In this document: positions 61,705 through 64,000 of the stretch, piece by piece
Layout of the letters: the number at the start of each line of letters is the position of its first letter
Position numbering within the stretch: position 1 is the first letter of the stretch
IMG/VR virus record: IMGVR_UViG_3300032144_000003
Location: 1 to 64,000 of that record
Reading direction: 5' to 3' (one strand)
Source of the DNA: a virus
Length of the DNA: 64,000 nt
Notes under the pieces: generated by a model
What the model saw: only the letters and a program-made list of their open reading frames with translations
Databases searched by the model: none
Told to the model about the DNA's origin: nothing
Program-made: the position numbers and the translations under genes

Positions 61705-63148
61705 ATTTTTAATTGGCATTTGGCCAACGCTGGAGCCAGCGCATCCGTTTAATGATTCGTGGCACGTCCGTGCGATCTGCGATCACGCGCAGGAATGTGT
61801 TATCGGGCACAGCTTCAAGAGGCTGCTTGTCAACATTCCACCGGGTATGTCGAAATCGCTGATTGCTTCGGTAGTGCTGCCGTGCTGGTCTTGGACGTTC
61901 CGACCGTGGTTCCGTTGGCTATGCGCGAGCTATGATCAGCCGACTGCGGACGATTTTTCGACGAAGCGCCGCAACGTTCTCTTGAGTGAATGGTATCGCG
62001 AGCGATGGCCGGAAGCGGCGAATCTCCAGACAACCAAAGAATCCAAAAAGCGGGACACGATCCGGCTGATTCAGAATGCAACCGGCGGGGAAATGTTGGC
62101 CACCTCACCGAAGGGGAGGGCGCTTGGAAAACACCCGATGGGGGTTGTAATAGACGATCCCCACAATCCCAAGGTTGACGAAGCATTGGGCGATGTGAGC
62201 CTACGTGATGTTCGTAACTGGATTGATGGCGTACTCTCGACTCGCGGCGTGGCGGTCGATGTTGATGTGCGACTGTTGCTTATCATGCAAAGACTGTCGG
62301 AAGATGATGCTTCGCAAGTCATGCTGAATTACGGCGACTGTGAGCACCTTTGCCTGCCGATGGAATACGATCCGGATCATCCTGTAAGAAACCCCAGGCA
62401 GCCGACTACGCTGGGATTCACCGATCCCCGAACGACGCGGGGAGAGCTACTTTGTCCGGAGCGGTTCCCGGCACATGTGGTCGATGGGATGCAACGCCGC
62501 CTGCGGTCGCGGGCTGCGGGCCAGCTACAGCAAATGCCCAAAGACCCCGAAGGAGATCGGTTCAAGCGAGCGTGGTTCACGACTGTGACGCGGGCTGCGT
62601 TACCCAAAGATATCAATCAAAAAGGCGTGGCCGTTCGTTATTGGGATAAGGCGGGAACTGAAGGTGGCGGTGACTGGACTGCCGGTGTGCTGTTAGTCCG
62701 GCACGAAGGACTGTACTACGTTGTCGATGTGGAGCGGGGGCAATGGTCAGCGGCCAATCGCAAAATGCACATGGAGAGAGTCGCGAAATACGATGCCGAG
62801 ATTTGGAAAAACTACACGATCTGGCAGGAGCAGGAGCCTGGTTCCGGTGGCAAAGAGTCTGCGGAAAATACAGTACGGGAGCTCTCCAGCTTCAGCGTTC
62901 GCACCGAGCGGGTCACAGGACCGAAGTCGGCCCGCTACAATAACTGGGAAGAAGAGCTTGATTCGACAACCAATACCCGCGTACCCACTGTACTGCTAGT
63001 GGACGCACACTGGAACCGGCCATTTATCGAAGAACATTGTGAGTGGCGCTGGGAAGACAAGAGTCCGACGGACGATCAGATTGACGCGGCAGCGGGAGCG
63101 TACATGAAACTGAAAAAGCAGCGTTCCTTTGTGGCGGCGTGCAGTTAA
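61535..63148 (+). CDS. terL: terminase large subunit
   Basis: FLIGIWPTLEPAHPFNDSWHVRAICDHAQE...RLLVNIPPGMSKSLIASV (Walker A-like), LLIMQRLSEDD, and C-terminal nuclease DDQIDAAAGAYM. Alternative start at 61613. Confidence 0.85.
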   Translation: MEILTQSDRLWLHSRIATDFQAVQEWMDQQAPRTRTSLIRQLIAESNPGTPGLSLHEFLIGIWPTLEPAHPFNDSWHVRAICDHAQECVIGHSFKRLLVNIPPGMSKSLIASVVLPCWSWTFRPWFRWLCASYDQPTADDFSTKRRNVLLSEWYRERWPEAANLQTTKESKKRDTIRLIQNATGGEMLATSPKGRALGKHPMGVVIDDPHNPKVDEALGDVSLRDVRNWIDGVLSTRGVAVDVDVRLLLIMQRLSEDDASQVMLNYGDCEHLCLPMEYDPDHPVRNPRQPTTLGFTDPRTTRGELLCPERFPAHVVDGMQRRLRSRAAGQLQQMPKDPEGDRFKRAWFTTVTRAALPKDINQKGVAVRYWDKAGTEGGGDWTAGVLLVRHEGLYYVVDVERGQWSAANRKMHMERVAKYDAEIWKNYTIWQEQEPGSGGKESAENTVRELSSFSVRTERVTGPKSARYNNWEEELDSTTNTRVPTVLLVDAHWNRPFIEEHCEWRWEDKSPTDDQIDAAAGAYMKLKKQRSFVAACS

Positions 63149-63187
63149 ACTACGATTCGTTCTGATTCGACAGGGAGAGTACCGCCG

Positions 63188-64000
63188 ATGGCCAGACCCA
63201 AGACCAGCAAAGCCGCACCGGCCCGGAAGCCAGCCAAAGCCGCCCCCCGTCCGACTGCCAAGCGTGTGGCGGGTACGCCAGTCAGCGCCCTGGAGCGGAC
63301 GACGTTCCACGCGGTGAGCGGTTTGCGTCAGGCGTTGTCCGCGAATCAGCCCGGCAATTGGGCGACGGATCACCGGCGGGAAGCGGAGCACTGTACGGAT
63401 TGGGTGGCCATCGCCCTCAAAGCGATCTGCTTGCAGGCCATGCAGGCCACGGTCAACGTGTTCGATGATTCCGGTATGACCGGGCCGGTGCGGAAGTCAC
63501 ACCGGCAGCACGACCGCACCCTGTGGCGGGACTCGCCGTCGCTGCGATTGGGGAATCGCCCATACTGGAAACGACTCAAGGGACTGTACGGGCAGGAGCA
63601 GCAGAAGACGGACCCCTTGCCGGAAGACTCACGAATCGTCCGGTTGATGCGATATCCCAACCCCGCGCAGTCCGGGGCGCTGTTCCGCTACGAGCAGTCG
63701 ATGCAGATTCAACTGACGGGGACGTGCATCGTGTGGAACATCCCCAACAAGGCGGGAGCCACGGTGGAACGGCATGTGATCCCCACAGCCTGCGCTGCGC
63801 CCGTGCTGCCCAGCCGGGAACTCCCACGCGGCGGGTATCGCATTGACCCAATGTCGAGCCGCTTTTACTCGCCCGTGGATGAGCAGGGGTTTGTGGAGAT
63901 GAGCGGGTATTTCAACGCCATCGGTCGGGTGATCCCGGCGGAGCAATGTCAGGTCATTCGCTGGCCACATCCAATCCTGAAGGACGATGGCCTGTCGATG
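63188..64000 (+). CDS. portal protein (5' part, runs off the window)
   Basis: Hand-translated open frame with no stop up to position 64000. RLMRYPNPAQSGALFRYEQSMQIQLTGTCIVWNIP resembles the HK97-family portal motif. It follows terL. Confidence 0.65.
   Translation, partial: MARPKTSKAAPARKPAKAAPRPTAKRVAGTPVSALERTTFHAVSGLRQALSANQPGNWATDHRREAEHCTDWVAIALKAICLQAMQATVNVFDDSGMTGPVRKSHRQHDRTLWRDSPSLRLGNRPYWKRLKGLYGQEQQKTDPLPEDSRIVRLMRYPNPAQSGALFRYEQSMQIQLTGTCIVWNIPNKAGATVERHVIPTACAAPVLPSRELPRGGYRIDPMSSRFYSPVDEQGFVEMSGYFNAIGRVIPAEQCQVIRWPHPILKDDGLSM

Noticed and set aside
1-64000. Prophage-host junctions, att core sites and flanking host genes.
   Set aside because: Every identifiable gene in the window is phage-like, and the window begins and ends inside phage genes. 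No boundaries can be placed from this sequence.

Overview
The whole 64-kb window reads as one GC-rich, temperate, siphovirus-like phage or prophage genome. I see no clear host genes and no tRNA or rRNA genes, and nearly all genes are on the + strand, tightly packed with many ATGA/TAATG overlaps. Gene order is as follows. (1) A virion and tail block at 0-15 kb: SGNH esterase, fibre, tail completion, tube, G/G-T chaperone with a canonical A_AAA_AAC -1 slippery site, tape measure, distal tail and hub. (2) A two-domain glycosyltransferase, a methyltransferase, and a promoter-to-terminator moron at 15-19.4 kb. (3) An ECF sigma factor and a lysis cassette (holin-like protein, PG-binding metzincin) at 20.4-25.2 kb. 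(4) A Clp_N-only protein, an excisionase-like HTH and a tyrosine integrase at 25.6-28.4 kb. (5) An early and replication block at 29.2-49 kb: HNH, an initiator-like gene with internal iterons, DnaB, many small ORFs, DUF5131, AAA ATPase with DUF1257 and DUF2997, an XRE regulator and a YqaJ exonuclease. (6) RecT interrupted by a LAGLIDADG intein, followed by an SMC/SbcC-like ATPase. (7) A compact CRISPR locus at 54.08-56.15 kb. (8) A RuvC resolvase, a ParB-DNA methyltransferase on the - strand, small and large terminase, and the 5' part of portal running off the window. The most interesting item is the phage-borne CRISPR locus. Two mini-arrays with different repeats share a 3' handle and flank a ~437-aa TnpB/Cas12f-like RuvC gene. 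The Zn-ribbon C-terminus of that gene lies in a separate -1 frame with its own RBS, and no adaptation genes are present. Other notable items: the intein in recT; a ~560-bp structured non-coding gap upstream of recT; four copies of a fixed-spacing promoter-like element (TGATCC-N16-CGTTCTAYT), possibly tied to the phage ECF sigma; an early leader consisting of promoter, two hairpins and a strong terminator; and an AAA ATPase whose Walker-B-like segment precedes its Walker A. All calls come from reading the sequence and ORF translations. No database search was run.
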